NCBI GenBank assembly: GCA_003599485.1
Contig: QZKM01000048.1
Location: forward strand, 10,428 to 74,427
Reading direction: 5' to 3'
Length of the DNA: 64,000 bases
DNA from: Gammaproteobacteria bacterium
GTDB taxonomy: Bacteria; Pseudomonadota; Gammaproteobacteria; SURF-13
The notes below the pieces were generated by a model. It was not told the DNA's origin. It made no database searches and was given only the letters and a program-made list of their open reading frames with translations. Below, in pieces: positions 30,937-41,361 of this stretch; the first letter of the stretch is position 1; the number at the start of each line of letters is the position of its first letter. Made by a program: the position numbers and the translations under genes.

Positions 30937-32802
30937 ATGTACGCGCGCATCAGTGAATCCGATCGGCTGCGCGATTATATCCGCGAAACCCGCTTGCTGC
31001 AGAATCGCATGTTTGTGGCCGCGGCCGCCGTGCTGCTGCTCATGTTCGTAGTGCTGGCGCGCCTGATTTATCTGCAAGTGCTCAACCAGGAGCATTATCT
31101 CACCCTGTCCCAGAACAACCGCATCAGCGTGGTAGCGATCCCGCCTGCGCGCGGCCTGATCTATGACCGCAACGGCGTGCTGCTGGCGCGCAATCTGCCC
31201 GCCTTTGGTCTGGAGGTAATCCCCGAACAGGTGGCCGATATCGAGGCCACGCTGCGCGCGTTGCATGAGGTGGTCGCCATCAGCCCCGCCGACGTCAAGC
31301 GCTTCCGCCGTCTGCTCAAGCAAAAGCGTACTACACGCGGCGTGCTGCTGCGGCTGCGGCTCAGCGAGGAAGAGCTGGCGCGGTTCGCGGTAAACCGTCC
31401 GCGGTTTCATGGAGTAGACATCGTCGCGGGGGTAACGCGCGACTATCCGCTCGGCGCAAGCACGGCGCACGCCGTGGGTTACGTGGGGCGCATCAGCGAG
31501 GATGACCTGGATCAGCTCGGCGACTCCAACTACAGCGGCACCACGCACATCGGCAAGACCGGCATCGAACAGGCCTATGAAGACGTGTTGCACGGCACGG
31601 TGGGTTTCGAACAGATCGAAACCAACGCACAGGGCCACCGCCTGCGGATATTGAAACGCACGCCCGCGCGCGCCGGCCGGAACCTGCATCTCAACATAGA
31701 CATGAGCCTGCAGCAGCTCGCCGGACAGGAACTGGGCGGCAACCGTGGCGCGGTGGTGGCGCTGGATCCCGCCACCGGCGCGGTGCTCGCCCTGGTCAGC
31801 CAGCCGGCCTTCGACCCGAATCCGTTCGTGAACGGCATCGAGCCCGGTGATTACCAGGCGCTGCAAAGCTCGCCGGATCAGCCGCTCTATAACCGCGCCT
31901 TGCGCGGCCAGTATCCGCCCGGCTCCACCATCAAACCTTTCGTGGCCCTCGCCGGCCTGGAGCTTGGCGTCACCGACGCGCAGCGCGGCACCTTCTGCCC
32001 TGGCTGGTTTCAGTTGCCGGGGCAGGAGCGCCGCTACCGCGACTGGAAAGAGGAAGGCCACGGCGTGATGGATATGACGCACGCCATCAGCGAATCCTGC
32101 GACGTGTATTTTTACGAGCTTGCGCAACGCCTGGGGATAGATCGCATGCACAATTTCCTCGCGCAATTCGGTTTCGGCCAGAAGAGTGCCATAGACGCGC
32201 CGGGCGAGCTTACCGGCCTGTTGCCGTCCAGCGCCTGGAAGCGCAGAGCGCGCAACCAGCCCTGGTTCCCCGGCGAAACCGTCATCACAGGCATCGGCCA
32301 GGGCTACATGCTGGCCACTCCGCTGCAACTGGCCGTGGCCGCCGCGACGCTCGCCAACCGCGGCGTGCGTATGCCGCCGCGCATCGTCTCCACCATTGAA
32401 AACCCGCTCACCCGCAACAAGCTCGCGCAAGCGGCTCTGCCGCCGTTGTACACCGTGCCGTCCGGCAAGGCCGCCAATTGGGACACCGTCATCACCGGCA
32501 TGACCGAGGTGATGCACGGCGAGCGCGGCACGGCGCGCGGCAGCGGCGCGGGGGCGGCTTACAGGATCGCCGGAAAAACCGGCACCGCGCAGGTGTTCGG
32601 CCTGAAACAGGACGAAAAATACGACAAGGACAAAGTCCCGCTGCACCTGCGCGACCACGGCCTGTTCATCGCCTTCGCGCCGGTGGAGAATCCTCGTATC
32701 GCCATCGCGGTGATCGTGGAAAACGGCGGCAGCGGCAGCGGCGCGGCGGCGCCCATCGCGCGTAAACTGATGGATCACTACTTGCTTCCCTCCGTACCAT
32801 GA
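30937..32802 (+). CDS. mrdA: penicillin-binding protein 2 (peptidoglycan D,D-transpeptidase)
   Basis: SxxK (STIK), SxN and KTG (KTGTAQ) motifs; 621 aa. Confidence 0.9.
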   Translation: MYARISESDRLRDYIRETRLLQNRMFVAAAAVLLLMFVVLARLIYLQVLNQEHYLTLSQNNRISVVAIPPARGLIYDRNGVLLARNLPAFGLEVIPEQVADIEATLRALHEVVAISPADVKRFRRLLKQKRTTRGVLLRLRLSEEELARFAVNRPRFHGVDIVAGVTRDYPLGASTAHAVGYVGRISEDDLDQLGDSNYSGTTHIGKTGIEQAYEDVLHGTVGFEQIETNAQGHRLRILKRTPARAGRNLHLNIDMSLQQLAGQELGGNRGAVVALDPATGAVLALVSQPAFDPNPFVNGIEPGDYQALQSSPDQPLYNRALRGQYPPGSTIKPFVALAGLELGVTDAQRGTFCPGWFQLPGQERRYRDWKEEGHGVMDMTHAISESCDVYFYELAQRLGIDRMHNFLAQFGFGQKSAIDAPGELTGLLPSSAWKRRARNQPWFPGETVITGIGQGYMLATPLQLAVAAATLANRGVRMPPRIVSTIENPLTRNKLAQAALPPLYTVPSGKAANWDTVITGMTEVMHGERGTARGSGAGAAYRIAGKTGTAQVFGLKQDEKYDKDKVPLHLRDHGLFIAFAPVENPRIAIAVIVENGGSGSGAAAPIARKLMDHYLLPSVP

Positions 32803-33914
32803 ACATCATGGAACCGGGCTATAACAAACCAGCGCGCGGCCTGGCGCAAAAGCTGCACATGGACCTCCCACTGCTGACGGGTCTGTTGCTTCTGTCCGCC
32901 GTGGGCTTCGTCGTGCTCTACAGCGCCGGGGGGCAGAATGAGGGATTGCTGCTGCGCCATGCCATGCGTCTCGCGCTCGGTTTTGGATTAATGCTGATGG
33001 TCGCGCAAGTCCCGCCGCAACGCCTGCAGGAAGCTGCGCCCTGGTTATACGGCGCCGCCCTGATCATGCTGGCGGCCGTGCCGCTGGTTGGCGACCAGGC
33101 CAAGGGTGCGCAGCGCTGGCTCGATCTGGGCGTGATCCGCTTTCAACCCTCGGAACTGATGAAGCTGGCGCTGCCGCTTTTGCTGGCGCGCTATCTCGGG
33201 CGCCGGCGCTTGCCGCCCGGCGCCAGGCGGGTGCTGGTGTGCGGCGCGATGATCGTGATCCCGGTGGCGTTGATCGCCAAGCAGCCCGACCTCGGCACCG
33301 CGGTGCTCATCGCCGGCGCCGGCCTGTTTGTGCTGCTGTTGTCCGGTATCCGCTGGTGGATTATCGCCGGCAGCGCGCTGCTGGCCGCCGTCGCCACGCC
33401 GCTGTTGTGGCACTTTCTGCACGACTATCAGCGCACGCGCCTGCTCATCTTTTTAAATCCGGAAAGCGATCCGCTCGGCGCGGGTTATCACATCACTCAG
33501 TCCACTATCGCCATCGGCTCCGGCGGTTTCACCGGCAAGGGCTGGCTGAACGGCACGCAATCATATCTGGATTTCATCCCTGAGCGCACCACCGATTTCG
33601 TGTTCGCCGTGTACAGCGAAGAGTTCGGCCTGATTGGCGTTCTGCTCTTGCTGGCGTTGTTCACCAGCGTGATCGCGCGCGGGCTGTACATCGCGCTGCG
33701 CGCGCCGGATCATTTCACGCGCCTGCTGGCGGGCAGCTTGACATTGAGTTTTTCCCTCTATATTTTCGTCAATATCAGCATGGTGAGCGGCTTGATGCCC
33801 GTAGTAGGAGTGCCGCTTCCGCTCATCAGTTACGGCGGCACCGCGCTCGTGACACTCATGGCCTCATTCGGTATGCTGATGGCGATCCACACCCATCCCC
33901 GAAAACTGGTCTAA
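32799..33914 (+). CDS. mrdB: peptidoglycan glycosyltransferase RodA
   Basis: SEDS family; close match to E. coli RodA (GAQRWLDLG..RFQPSE..., DPLGAGYHI.QS.IAIGSGG). Confidence 0.9.
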   Translation: MNIMEPGYNKPARGLAQKLHMDLPLLTGLLLLSAVGFVVLYSAGGQNEGLLLRHAMRLALGFGLMLMVAQVPPQRLQEAAPWLYGAALIMLAAVPLVGDQAKGAQRWLDLGVIRFQPSELMKLALPLLLARYLGRRRLPPGARRVLVCGAMIVIPVALIAKQPDLGTAVLIAGAGLFVLLLSGIRWWIIAGSALLAAVATPLLWHFLHDYQRTRLLIFLNPESDPLGAGYHITQSTIAIGSGGFTGKGWLNGTQSYLDFIPERTTDFVFAVYSEEFGLIGVLLLLALFTSVIARGLYIALRAPDHFTRLLAGSLTLSFSLYIFVNISMVSGLMPVVGVPLPLISYGGTALVTLMASFGMLMAIHTHPRKLV

Positions 33915-33917
33915 GCG

Positions 33918-34889
33918 ATGTTCAAACACCTCCCTCTGCTCTGCACACTGGCCTGCTTCGCCCATGCCGCGCCCGCAACCACGCTGGGAGAACGCGCCGA
34001 TGTGCAGGCCTTCATCGCCAGCGTGGCGCAACGCCACGCCTTTGACGGCGCGGAACTGGCGCGCATGTTCAACGCGGCGGAGTTGCGCCCGGACATCATT
34101 GACCTCATCACCGCGCCCGCCGAGGCCAAACCCTGGCATGAATACCGGCCGATCTTCGTCAATCCCGCGCGCATCCGTGGCGGTATTGAGTTCTGGCGGG
34201 CCAATGCCGAAACGCTGGAAAACGCGCAGCGGTTATATGGCGTGCCTCCGGAGATCATCGTGGCCATCATCGGCGTGGAAACGCGCTATGGCAGAAACAT
34301 GGGTAAATACCGCGTGCTGGACGCGCTCATCACCCTCGCCTTTGATTATGCGCCGCGCGCGGATTTTTTTCGCGGCGAACTGGAACAGTATTTGCTCCTC
34401 ACGCGCGAGGAGCGTCTCGATCCGCTGGCGCTGAAGGGCTCGTATGCCGGAGCAATGGGGCAGGCGCAGTTTATCTCCAGCAGCTACCGGCACTTCGCGG
34501 TGGATTTTGACGGCGATGGGCGGCGCGACCTGTGGAACAACAGCGCGGACGCCATCGGCAGCGTGGCGCATTACCTGAACGAACACGGCTGGCAAAAAGA
34601 CGCGCCGGTCGCCATGCGCGCCGAAGTAAACGGTGAACAGTATAAAACCCTGCTCAACGGCGGCATACAACTGCAGTACAGCCTGGGCGACCTGCGCCGC
34701 CAGGGCGTAAGTGTCACCGAACCGCTGTTTGATATCGAACCTGCCCTGCTGCTGGAGTTCGCGGCCGGGTCCGGCGCGGAATATTGGGTGGGACTGCAAA
34801 ATTTTTACGTCATTACCCGCTATAATAGAAGCTCCCTGTACGCCATGGCCGTGTACCAGTTGAGCCAGGAGATCAAGGCGCAAAGATGA
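33918..34889 (+). CDS. mltB: lytic murein transglycosylase B
   Basis: Signal peptide, MltB-type catalytic region (GVETRYG... AGAMGQAQF). Confidence 0.85.
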   Translation: MFKHLPLLCTLACFAHAAPATTLGERADVQAFIASVAQRHAFDGAELARMFNAAELRPDIIDLITAPAEAKPWHEYRPIFVNPARIRGGIEFWRANAETLENAQRLYGVPPEIIVAIIGVETRYGRNMGKYRVLDALITLAFDYAPRADFFRGELEQYLLLTREERLDPLALKGSYAGAMGQAQFISSSYRHFAVDFDGDGRRDLWNNSADAIGSVAHYLNEHGWQKDAPVAMRAEVNGEQYKTLLNGGIQLQYSLGDLRRQGVSVTEPLFDIEPALLLEFAAGSGAEYWVGLQNFYVITRYNRSSLYAMAVYQLSQEIKAQR

Positions 34890-35734
34890 CAAGACTGATC
34901 ACGTGCGCGCTGCTGGCGGTTGCACTCAGCGCCTGCAGCACCGCGCCCAAACAAACAACTGGTCGGCCTGCCGACAGCTGTTTCGGCAAGGGTGACGCGG
35001 CGCCTTCTGCGCCGCTCGACATCGCCTCCATCCCGGAGCCGGTGCCGCGCATTGAGCCGCCGAGCAAATACGGCAATCCGCCTTTTTACACGGTGAACGG
35101 GCAAACCTACCGTACGCTGGCCAGCTGCGCGGGTTATGTGGAGCGCGGCATCGCCTCCTGGTACGGCGTCAAGTTTCACGGCAGGCGCACCTCCAGCGGC
35201 GAACCTTATGACATGTACGCGATCAGCGCCGCGCACAAGACCCTGCCCCTGCCATGCTACGTGCGCGTGACCAATTTGCAGAACGGCCGCTCCCTGATCG
35301 TGCGCGTCAATGACCGCGGGCCTTTCATCGGCGATCGCCTGATTGATCTCTCCTACGCCGCCGCCGCCAAGCTCGGCATTCTGGGCCACGGTACCGGGCT
35401 GGTCGAGGTGCGCGCACTCGATGCCGCCGCGCCGCAAGAGCCGGAGCGGGTTACGGCCGATAAGGCGGAACGGCAAGAAACACACCGGGCTCCGTCAGCA
35501 GAGAATGTGTATTTACAGGTGGGCGCCTTTCAGAATCTGGACGGCGCAGAGCGCCTGCGCGCCCGGTTGCTCGACAAAATCACGGATGAGATTCAAATCA
35601 TCAGAACCACCCTCAATGACGCCCTCTTGTACCGGGTGCGCATCGGCCCGCTGGTAACCAGCGACGACGCCGGCCGTCTGGCCGAATCGCTCGCGCACCT
35701 CGGCATAGCCGGCGCGCGCATAGTGACGGATTAA
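34886..35734 (+). CDS. rlpA: septal ring lytic transglycosylase RlpA (rare lipoprotein A) with SPOR domain
   Basis: Lipobox LSACS, DPBB domain (ASWYG..FHG..TSSGE), C-terminal SPOR-like region. Confidence 0.85.
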   Translation: MTRLITCALLAVALSACSTAPKQTTGRPADSCFGKGDAAPSAPLDIASIPEPVPRIEPPSKYGNPPFYTVNGQTYRTLASCAGYVERGIASWYGVKFHGRRTSSGEPYDMYAISAAHKTLPLPCYVRVTNLQNGRSLIVRVNDRGPFIGDRLIDLSYAAAAKLGILGHGTGLVEVRALDAAAPQEPERVTADKAERQETHRAPSAENVYLQVGAFQNLDGAERLRARLLDKITDEIQIIRTTLNDALLYRVRIGPLVTSDDAGRLAESLAHLGIAGARIVTD

Positions 35735-35748
35735 CCCCTGCCCTCAAC

Positions 35749-36918
35749 ATGGACGCCTCTATGAAAATCTTGCTGTGCACCGTTTTGCTTGTCTTCAGCG
35801 CCTTGTCTGCGGCCGCCCCCGCGCCTCTGCCCGGCGCGCCCGCTTTGCGGCCCGTCCCCGCCGCGCCGATTCTGCCGGCGCGCGCTTATATCCTGCTCGA
35901 CTTTCACAGCGGCAAGGTGCTCGCGGAGCAAAACGCCGACGAGCGCATGGAGCCGGCCAGTCTCACCAAGCTGCTCACCGCCTACACCGTGTTCCAGTCG
36001 CTCGATTCCGGCAAGATCAAGCTCAGCGACCAGGTGACCATCAGCGAAAAGGCCTGGAGGAGCGAAGGCTCGCGCACGTTCGTGCAGGCGGGCAGCAAGG
36101 TGAGCGTGGAAGACCTGCTCAAGGGCATGATTGTACAGTCCGGCAACGACGCCACCATCGCACTGGCGGAACACACCGCGGGCAGCGAAGCCACCTTCGT
36201 CACGCTGATGAATCAAAACGCGCAGTTGCTGGGCATGAACAGCAGCCACTTCACCAACAGCACCGGCCTGCCCGATCCGGAATTGTATATCACCGCGCGT
36301 GACATCGCCCTGCTCACGCACGCGCTGATCCGGGATTTCCCGCAGTACTACACGTACTACGCCATCAAGGAATTCAGCTACAACAATATCAGGCAATACA
36401 ACCGCAACATGCTGTTGTGGCGCGACATCGGCGCCGACGGCGTCAAGACCGGCCACACCGAAAGCGCGGGCTTCTGTCTGGTTTCCTCCGCGCTGCGCGA
36501 CAATATGCGCCTGGTCGCCGCGGTGCTCGGCGCCAAGAGCGAGAAGGAGCGCGCCGACCAGAGCCAGGAACTGCTCAATTACGGCTTCCGGTTTTTTGAA
36601 ACCCAGCGCCTGTACAGCGCCGCGCAGCCGCTCAAAACCACGCGCATCTGGAAAGGCGCCAGCAGGGAATTGAAGCTTGGCCTGAGTGAAGACTTGTACG
36701 TCACCATCCCGCGCGGCCAATACGGGCAACTCAAGGCGGCGATGGAGATGGACAAGATCATCATCGCGCCCGCCGCAAAGGATAAAAAATACGGCACAGT
36801 GAAAATCACCCTGGGCGATGAAGCCGTGGCCGAGCGGCCGCTGGTCGCGTTGCAGGCCGTGGAGCAAGGCGGCTGGTGGCGGCGCTTGGTGGACAGCATC
36901 CGGCTCTGGTTTGCGTAA
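35749..36918 (+). CDS. dacA: D-alanyl-D-alanine carboxypeptidase (PBP5/6 family)
   Basis: Signal peptide, SxxK (ASLTK), SGN, KTG motifs. Confidence 0.85.
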   Translation: MDASMKILLCTVLLVFSALSAAAPAPLPGAPALRPVPAAPILPARAYILLDFHSGKVLAEQNADERMEPASLTKLLTAYTVFQSLDSGKIKLSDQVTISEKAWRSEGSRTFVQAGSKVSVEDLLKGMIVQSGNDATIALAEHTAGSEATFVTLMNQNAQLLGMNSSHFTNSTGLPDPELYITARDIALLTHALIRDFPQYYTYYAIKEFSYNNIRQYNRNMLLWRDIGADGVKTGHTESAGFCLVSSALRDNMRLVAAVLGAKSEKERADQSQELLNYGFRFFETQRLYSAAQPLKTTRIWKGASRELKLGLSEDLYVTIPRGQYGQLKAAMEMDKIIIAPAAKDKKYGTVKITLGDEAVAERPLVALQAVEQGGWWRRLVDSIRLWFA

Positions 36919-36925
36919 CGCTGTC

Positions 36926-37804
36926 ATGCCTGATTCGCCCATCGTCTATCTGAACGGCAAATTCCTGCCGCTCGATCAGGCATGCGTGCCGGTGCTGGAC
37001 CGCGGCTTCATTTTCGGCGACGGCGTGTATGAAGTCATCCCGGCCTACGGCGGAAAATTATTCCGTCTGGCGGAACATCTTTTGCGCCTGGATCACAGCT
37101 TGGACGGCGTGCGCACCGCCAACCCGCTCACGCATGCCGCCTGGGAAAAGACGCTGGTGGATTTAATCGGCAAAAACGCCGGCGGCGGAAACACGGATCA
37201 ATATATCTACCTGCAAGTCACGCGCGGCGTGGCCAAGCGCGACCACGCCTTCCCCAAAGGCGTGACGCCGACCGTGTTCGCCATGAGCAACCCGCTGCCG
37301 CCCATCCCGGAGAGCTATGCCGCGCAAGGCATCGCGGCTGTCACCCTGGATGACATCCGCTGGAAATACTGCCACATCAAGGCCATCACCCTGCTGCCGA
37401 ACATCCTCTTGCGCCAGGAAGCGGTGGACAAGGGCGCAACCGAGGCGATTCTGGTGCGCGACGGCGAGGTCACCGAAGGCGCGGCGAGCAATGTATTTAT
37501 CGTCAAAAACAACACCGTCATCACACCGCCCAAGAGCCCGCGGCTGCTGCCCGGCATCACGCGCGATTTGATACTGGAACTCGCGGCGCAGCACGGCATC
37601 GCCTGGCGCGAAGCCGCCATCAGCGAGCGCGCCTTGCGCGAGGCGGATGAAGTTTGGCTCACCAGTTCCACCAAGGAGATCATGCCGGTGACCCGGCTCG
37701 ATGACGCCCGCGTAGGCAACGGCAAACCGGGACCGATGTGGCAACGCATGACCACGCTGTTTCAGGACTACAAACGCACGCTGCGCGGCGGCAGTCATGC
37801 ATAA
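36926..37804 (+). CDS. class IV aminotransferase (D-amino-acid aminotransferase-like)
   Basis: Fold-type IV PLP motifs (RGFIFGDGVYEV, ...EVWLTSSTKEIMPV). Real start is the ATG at 36926; the track ORF begins upstream inside dacA. Confidence 0.7.
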   Translation: MPDSPIVYLNGKFLPLDQACVPVLDRGFIFGDGVYEVIPAYGGKLFRLAEHLLRLDHSLDGVRTANPLTHAAWEKTLVDLIGKNAGGGNTDQYIYLQVTRGVAKRDHAFPKGVTPTVFAMSNPLPPIPESYAAQGIAAVTLDDIRWKYCHIKAITLLPNILLRQEAVDKGATEAILVRDGEVTEGAASNVFIVKNNTVITPPKSPRLLPGITRDLILELAAQHGIAWREAAISERALREADEVWLTSSTKEIMPVTRLDDARVGNGKPGPMWQRMTTLFQDYKRTLRGGSHA

Positions 37805-38441
37805 CATCCTGGTACGCGACCTTGGCGTATGCGGCTACGCGCCCGTATGGGAGGCGATGCGCGAGTTCAGCGCGGCACGCACCCCCGCCACGCCGGATGA
37901 AATCTGGCTGCTCCAGCATGCGCCGGTGTTCACCCTGGGGCTGAACGCCAAACCTGAACACCTGCTTGCAGCGGACGCCATTCCGGTGATACACAGCGAC
38001 CGCGGCGGACAAGTCACCTATCACGGCCCCGGCCAACTGGTGTGCTATACGCTGCTCGATTTGCGCCGGCGCGGTCTCGGCGTGCGCCAACTGGTCGGCG
38101 CGCTGGAACAGGCGGTGATCGCCGTGCTGTCCGGTTACGGCATAACGGGCAAGACGCGTTCTGATGCGCCGGGCGTGTACGTACACGGCGCCAAGATCGC
38201 CGCCTTGGGGCTGCGCGTGCGCCAGGGTTGCTGCTATCATGGTTTAAGCCTTAACGTGGCGATGGATCTCGCGCCGTTCGCACGTATTCATCCGTGCGGC
38301 TATCCCGGCCTTCGCGTCACGGATTTACGCAGCCTCGGAATCGAAACGGACATGAACACACCCGGCCGCCAACTGCACGCACACGTCGAACTTCAATTAA
38401 ACCAAGCCACATCCGGCTTGCCGCTTGCCGTGGGAGCGTAA
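37797..38441 (+). CDS. lipB: lipoyl(octanoyl) transferase
   Basis: [15 protein letters not shown] and catalytic C in HPCGY context. Upstream of lipA. Confidence 0.9.
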   Translation: MHNILVRDLGVCGYAPVWEAMREFSAARTPATPDEIWLLQHAPVFTLGLNAKPEHLLAADAIPVIHSDRGGQVTYHGPGQLVCYTLLDLRRRGLGVRQLVGALEQAVIAVLSGYGITGKTRSDAPGVYVHGAKIAALGLRVRQGCCYHGLSLNVAMDLAPFARIHPCGYPGLRVTDLRSLGIETDMNTPGRQLHAHVELQLNQATSGLPLAVGA

Positions 38442-38443
38442 CG

Positions 38444-39391
38444 ATGACCAGCGGCGTGAACCTGCGTGACTTGAAAGGCGCTTCCAAGATGGCGCGCATC
38501 CCGGTCAAGGTGGTGCAGAGCGAAACACCGCTGCGTAAACCCGCCTGGATCCGCGCCAAGTCCACCGGCAGCCCCGAAGTCGCCCATCTCAAAAATATCC
38601 TGCGCGAGCACCGTTTGCATACCGTGTGCGAGGAAGCCGCGTGCCCGAACCTGGGCGAATGCTTCGCGCACGGCACCGCCACCTTCATGATTATGGGCGC
38701 GATCTGCACCCGGCGCTGCCCGTTTTGCGACGTGGCGCACGGCAAACCGCTGCCGCTCGATGCCGAGGAGCCGGAGAACCTGGCGCGCGTGATTGAGGCG
38801 ATGAGACTGAAATACGTGGTCATCACCTCGGTGGACCGGGACGATCTGCGCGACGGCGGCGCGCAGCATTTCGTAGACTGCATACGGGCCGTGCGCAGGC
38901 GCTCGCCGCACACCAAAATCGAAATCCTCACGCCGGATTTTCGCGGCCGCATGGACATCGCGCTCGCCATCGTCACCCAGGCCCCACCCGACGTGTTCAA
39001 CCATAATCTCGAAACCGTGCCGCGCTTATACAGACAGGCGCGCCCCGGCGCCGATTATCAGTACTCACTCACTCTGCTCCAGCGCTTCAAGACGCTGCAT
39101 CCCGCCGTGCCCACCAAGTCCGGCTTGATGCTGGGCCTGGGCGAGGAGATCGGCGAAATCGAACAAGTGATGCGCGACCTGCGCGCGCACGGCGTGGACA
39201 TGCTCACCCTGGGCCAATATCTGCAACCCAGCCGTCACCACCTGCCGGTGGCGCGCTTTGTCGCGCCGGAGGAATTCGACCGCCTGGCCGAGATTGGCAA
39301 ACAGATGGGTTTCAGCAACGTGGCGAGCGGCCCCATGGTGCGCTCTTCTTATCACGCCGATCTGCAAGCGGCGGGGCGCGCCACCGGCTAA
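38444..39391 (+). CDS. lipA: lipoyl synthase
   Basis: Radical-SAM CxxxCxxC (CTRRCPFC) plus N-terminal CEEAACPN cluster. Start at the ATG immediately after the lipB stop. Confidence 0.95.
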   Translation: MTSGVNLRDLKGASKMARIPVKVVQSETPLRKPAWIRAKSTGSPEVAHLKNILREHRLHTVCEEAACPNLGECFAHGTATFMIMGAICTRRCPFCDVAHGKPLPLDAEEPENLARVIEAMRLKYVVITSVDRDDLRDGGAQHFVDCIRAVRRRSPHTKIEILTPDFRGRMDIALAIVTQAPPDVFNHNLETVPRLYRQARPGADYQYSLTLLQRFKTLHPAVPTKSGLMLGLGEEIGEIEQVMRDLRAHGVDMLTLGQYLQPSRHHLPVARFVAPEEFDRLAEIGKQMGFSNVASGPMVRSSYHADLQAAGRATG

Positions 39392-39405
39392 GCGCAAGCG
39401 GCGCC

Positions 39406-40731
39406 GTGAGCAGCACTGCTGAGGACGGCGCGGCATCTTCACCGGGCGCACGCGCGCCACGGCGCGAAATCTTCGCCTGGGCGATGTATGATTTCGCCAA
39501 CTCCGGCTATACCACCGTAGTCCTTACCGCCATCTACAGCGCCTATTTCGTCGGCGTGGTAGCGCAGGCGAGTGAGCCCGGCAACGGCGCCGCCACGCTG
39601 CTCTGGACGCTGGCCATGGGCATCAGCAATTTCCTGGTGCTGGCAAGCGCGCCGGTGCTTGGCGCCGTCGCCGATCACCGCGCCTGCAAGAAACCCTTTT
39701 TGCTGTTCACTACCGTGGGTTGCGTCCTGTTTACCGCCTTGCTGGGACTGGCCGGCCCGGGCGACATCGCCGCCGCCTTTTTGCTGGTGGCGCTGGCGAG
39801 CCTCATGTTCGGCAGCGGCGAAAATCTCATCGCGTCGTTCCTGCCCGAAATCGCCCGCCCGGAAGACATGGGGCGCGTCTCCGGCTATGGCTGGGCGCTC
39901 GGCTACCTCGGCGGACTGCTGGTGCTGGGTGTGTGTTTGGCGTGGATTGCCTGGGCGGAGGGGCGAGGGCAGGGCGCGTCCCAGTTTGTGCCGGTGACAC
40001 TATGGATCACCGCCGGCGCTTTCGCGCTCGCCACACTCCCCACGTTTCTGTGGCTGCGCGAGCGCGCCGTGCCTGCGCCGCTGCTGGAGGGCGAGAGCTA
40101 TTTCCGCGCCGGGCTCGCGCGCGTGCGCCACACCCTCGCGGAGGCGCGCCGCTTCCGTGACCTGTTCCGCTTCCTCATCACGCTCGCCGTTTACTATTGC
40201 GGCATCAGCACCGTCATCGTACTGGCGGCGGTGTACGCGCAACAGGCGATGGGTTTCAGCACCCGGGAAACCGTCGTGCTGATTCTGGTGGTCAACGTCA
40301 CGGCGGCGGCGGGCGCATTCCTGTTCGGTCATCTGCAGGATCGCTTCGGCTCGGTACGCACGCTCGCCGCCACCCTGCTGGTGTGGATCGCGGCGCTACT
40401 GCTCGCCTATTTCATCGAGTCCCGCGCGGGCTTCTGGACGGCGGCGAACCTGATCGGCCTGGCGCTGGGCTCCAGCCAGTCCGCAGGCCGCGCCCTGATC
40501 GGCCGGTTCTCCCCGCCCGAACGCTGCGCCGAATTCTTCGGCCTGTGGGGCCTGGCCGGCAAACTCGCCGCCATCGTCGGCCCGGTAAGCTACGGCCTCA
40601 TCACCTGGCTCTCCCGCGGCAACCACCGCCTGGCATTGCTCGCCACCGCGATATTCTTCATCGCCGGGCTGCTGCTCCTCCTCACCGTGAACGAACAGCG
40701 CGGCCGCCGCGCGGCTCTGGCTGAAGGCTGA
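39406..40731 (+). CDS. MFS transporter (UMF1/Atg22-like)
   Basis: 441 aa, about 12 TM segments. Its last about 15 nt plus a following REP are duplicated 1.2 kb downstream. Confidence 0.8.
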   Translation: MSSTAEDGAASSPGARAPRREIFAWAMYDFANSGYTTVVLTAIYSAYFVGVVAQASEPGNGAATLLWTLAMGISNFLVLASAPVLGAVADHRACKKPFLLFTTVGCVLFTALLGLAGPGDIAAAFLLVALASLMFGSGENLIASFLPEIARPEDMGRVSGYGWALGYLGGLLVLGVCLAWIAWAEGRGQGASQFVPVTLWITAGAFALATLPTFLWLRERAVPAPLLEGESYFRAGLARVRHTLAEARRFRDLFRFLITLAVYYCGISTVIVLAAVYAQQAMGFSTRETVVLILVVNVTAAAGAFLFGHLQDRFGSVRTLAATLLVWIAALLLAYFIESRAGFWTAANLIGLALGSSQSAGRALIGRFSPPERCAEFFGLWGLAGKLAAIVGPVSYGLITWLSRGNHRLALLATAIFFIAGLLLLLTVNEQRGRRAALAEG

Positions 40732-40734
40732 ACC

Positions 40735-40783
40735 AGCATGCGTAGGGTGAAATGCCCTTTGGTTACTGCGCCCTACGCTTGCT
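40735..40783. repeat. REP-like palindromic element (copy a)
   Basis: agcatgcgtagggtgaaatgccctttggttactgcgccctacgcttgct. Inverted, diverged relative of copy b. Identical copy at 41972..42020. Confidence 0.8.
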
Positions 40784-41273
40784 GGACAGCCCGCTGGTAC
40801 CGCGCCAACGCCTCCGGGTCATCGATCGATCCGTGATGGTGTACCTGCCGCCAGCCGAGCTGGCCGCCGAAATACTGGAAGACACGAGTCGTTCGTATCG
40901 CCAGGGGGACAGTGCGGCCGTCACGGATGAACTCGCCTCGCTCGCGACCAGCGAACACGACGGTGTCCTGGCCCACATATTCCACGACATCGTAGAACTC
41001 CACCCAGACCTGCGCGGGGCCGTCGAAGATGCGCTGGTACAGAGCGCGGATGTCGTCGAGCCCCCGCATGATCCCGCCCAGCGGATTGTTCAGCGAGACG
41101 AAGGGACCCTGCGCCCATACGGCCTCCAATACATCCAGAGAACGCTGGTTGAAGGCGAAGTAGAAACACTCGATCGCGGCACGCGCCCCCTCAACTGTCG
41201 GTTCACGCGCCTCGACCCCACGGTCGGCTGCGTCACGGCCGTATGTGCGCGATAGCGCCTGCGATGTTGGCAT
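40773..41273 (-). CDS. NTF2-like / SnoaL (DUF4440-type) family protein
   Basis: 166 aa. Pattern ...WRQVHHHGS at the C-terminus, typical of ketosteroid-isomerase-like fold proteins. Preferred over the overlapping + strand ORF. Confidence 0.55.
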   Translation of the reverse strand: MPTSQALSRTYGRDAADRGVEAREPTVEGARAAIECFYFAFNQRSLDVLEAVWAQGPFVSLNNPLGGIMRGLDDIRALYQRIFDGPAQVWVEFYDVVEYVGQDTVVFAGRERGEFIRDGRTVPLAIRTTRVFQYFGGQLGWRQVHHHGSIDDPEALARYQRAVQQA

Positions 41274-41317
41274 ACCTGTTTCCTTTCACCAGATGTCTTG
41301 ACGGGCTAACGGGATTG

Positions 41318-41361
41318 TAGCATGCGTAGGGCGCAATAACCGAAGGGCATTGCGCCGCATG
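41318..41361. repeat. REP element (copy b), hairpin GGCGCAAT...ATTGCGCC
   Basis: Perfect inverted partner of copy c at 41916..41950. Together they flank the RAYT gene. Confidence 0.85.

Noticed and set aside
30931-32778. 615-aa minus-strand ORF antisense to mrdA (and 32778..32960, 33045..33422 antisense to rodA)
   Set aside because: PBP2 and RodA motifs are unambiguous on the plus strand.
40752-41255. 167-aa plus-strand ORF overlapping the NTF2-like gene
   Set aside because: The minus-strand frame shows SnoaL/DUF4440-like hallmarks (...WRQVHHHGS C-terminus). The plus-strand protein has none. Only one can be real.
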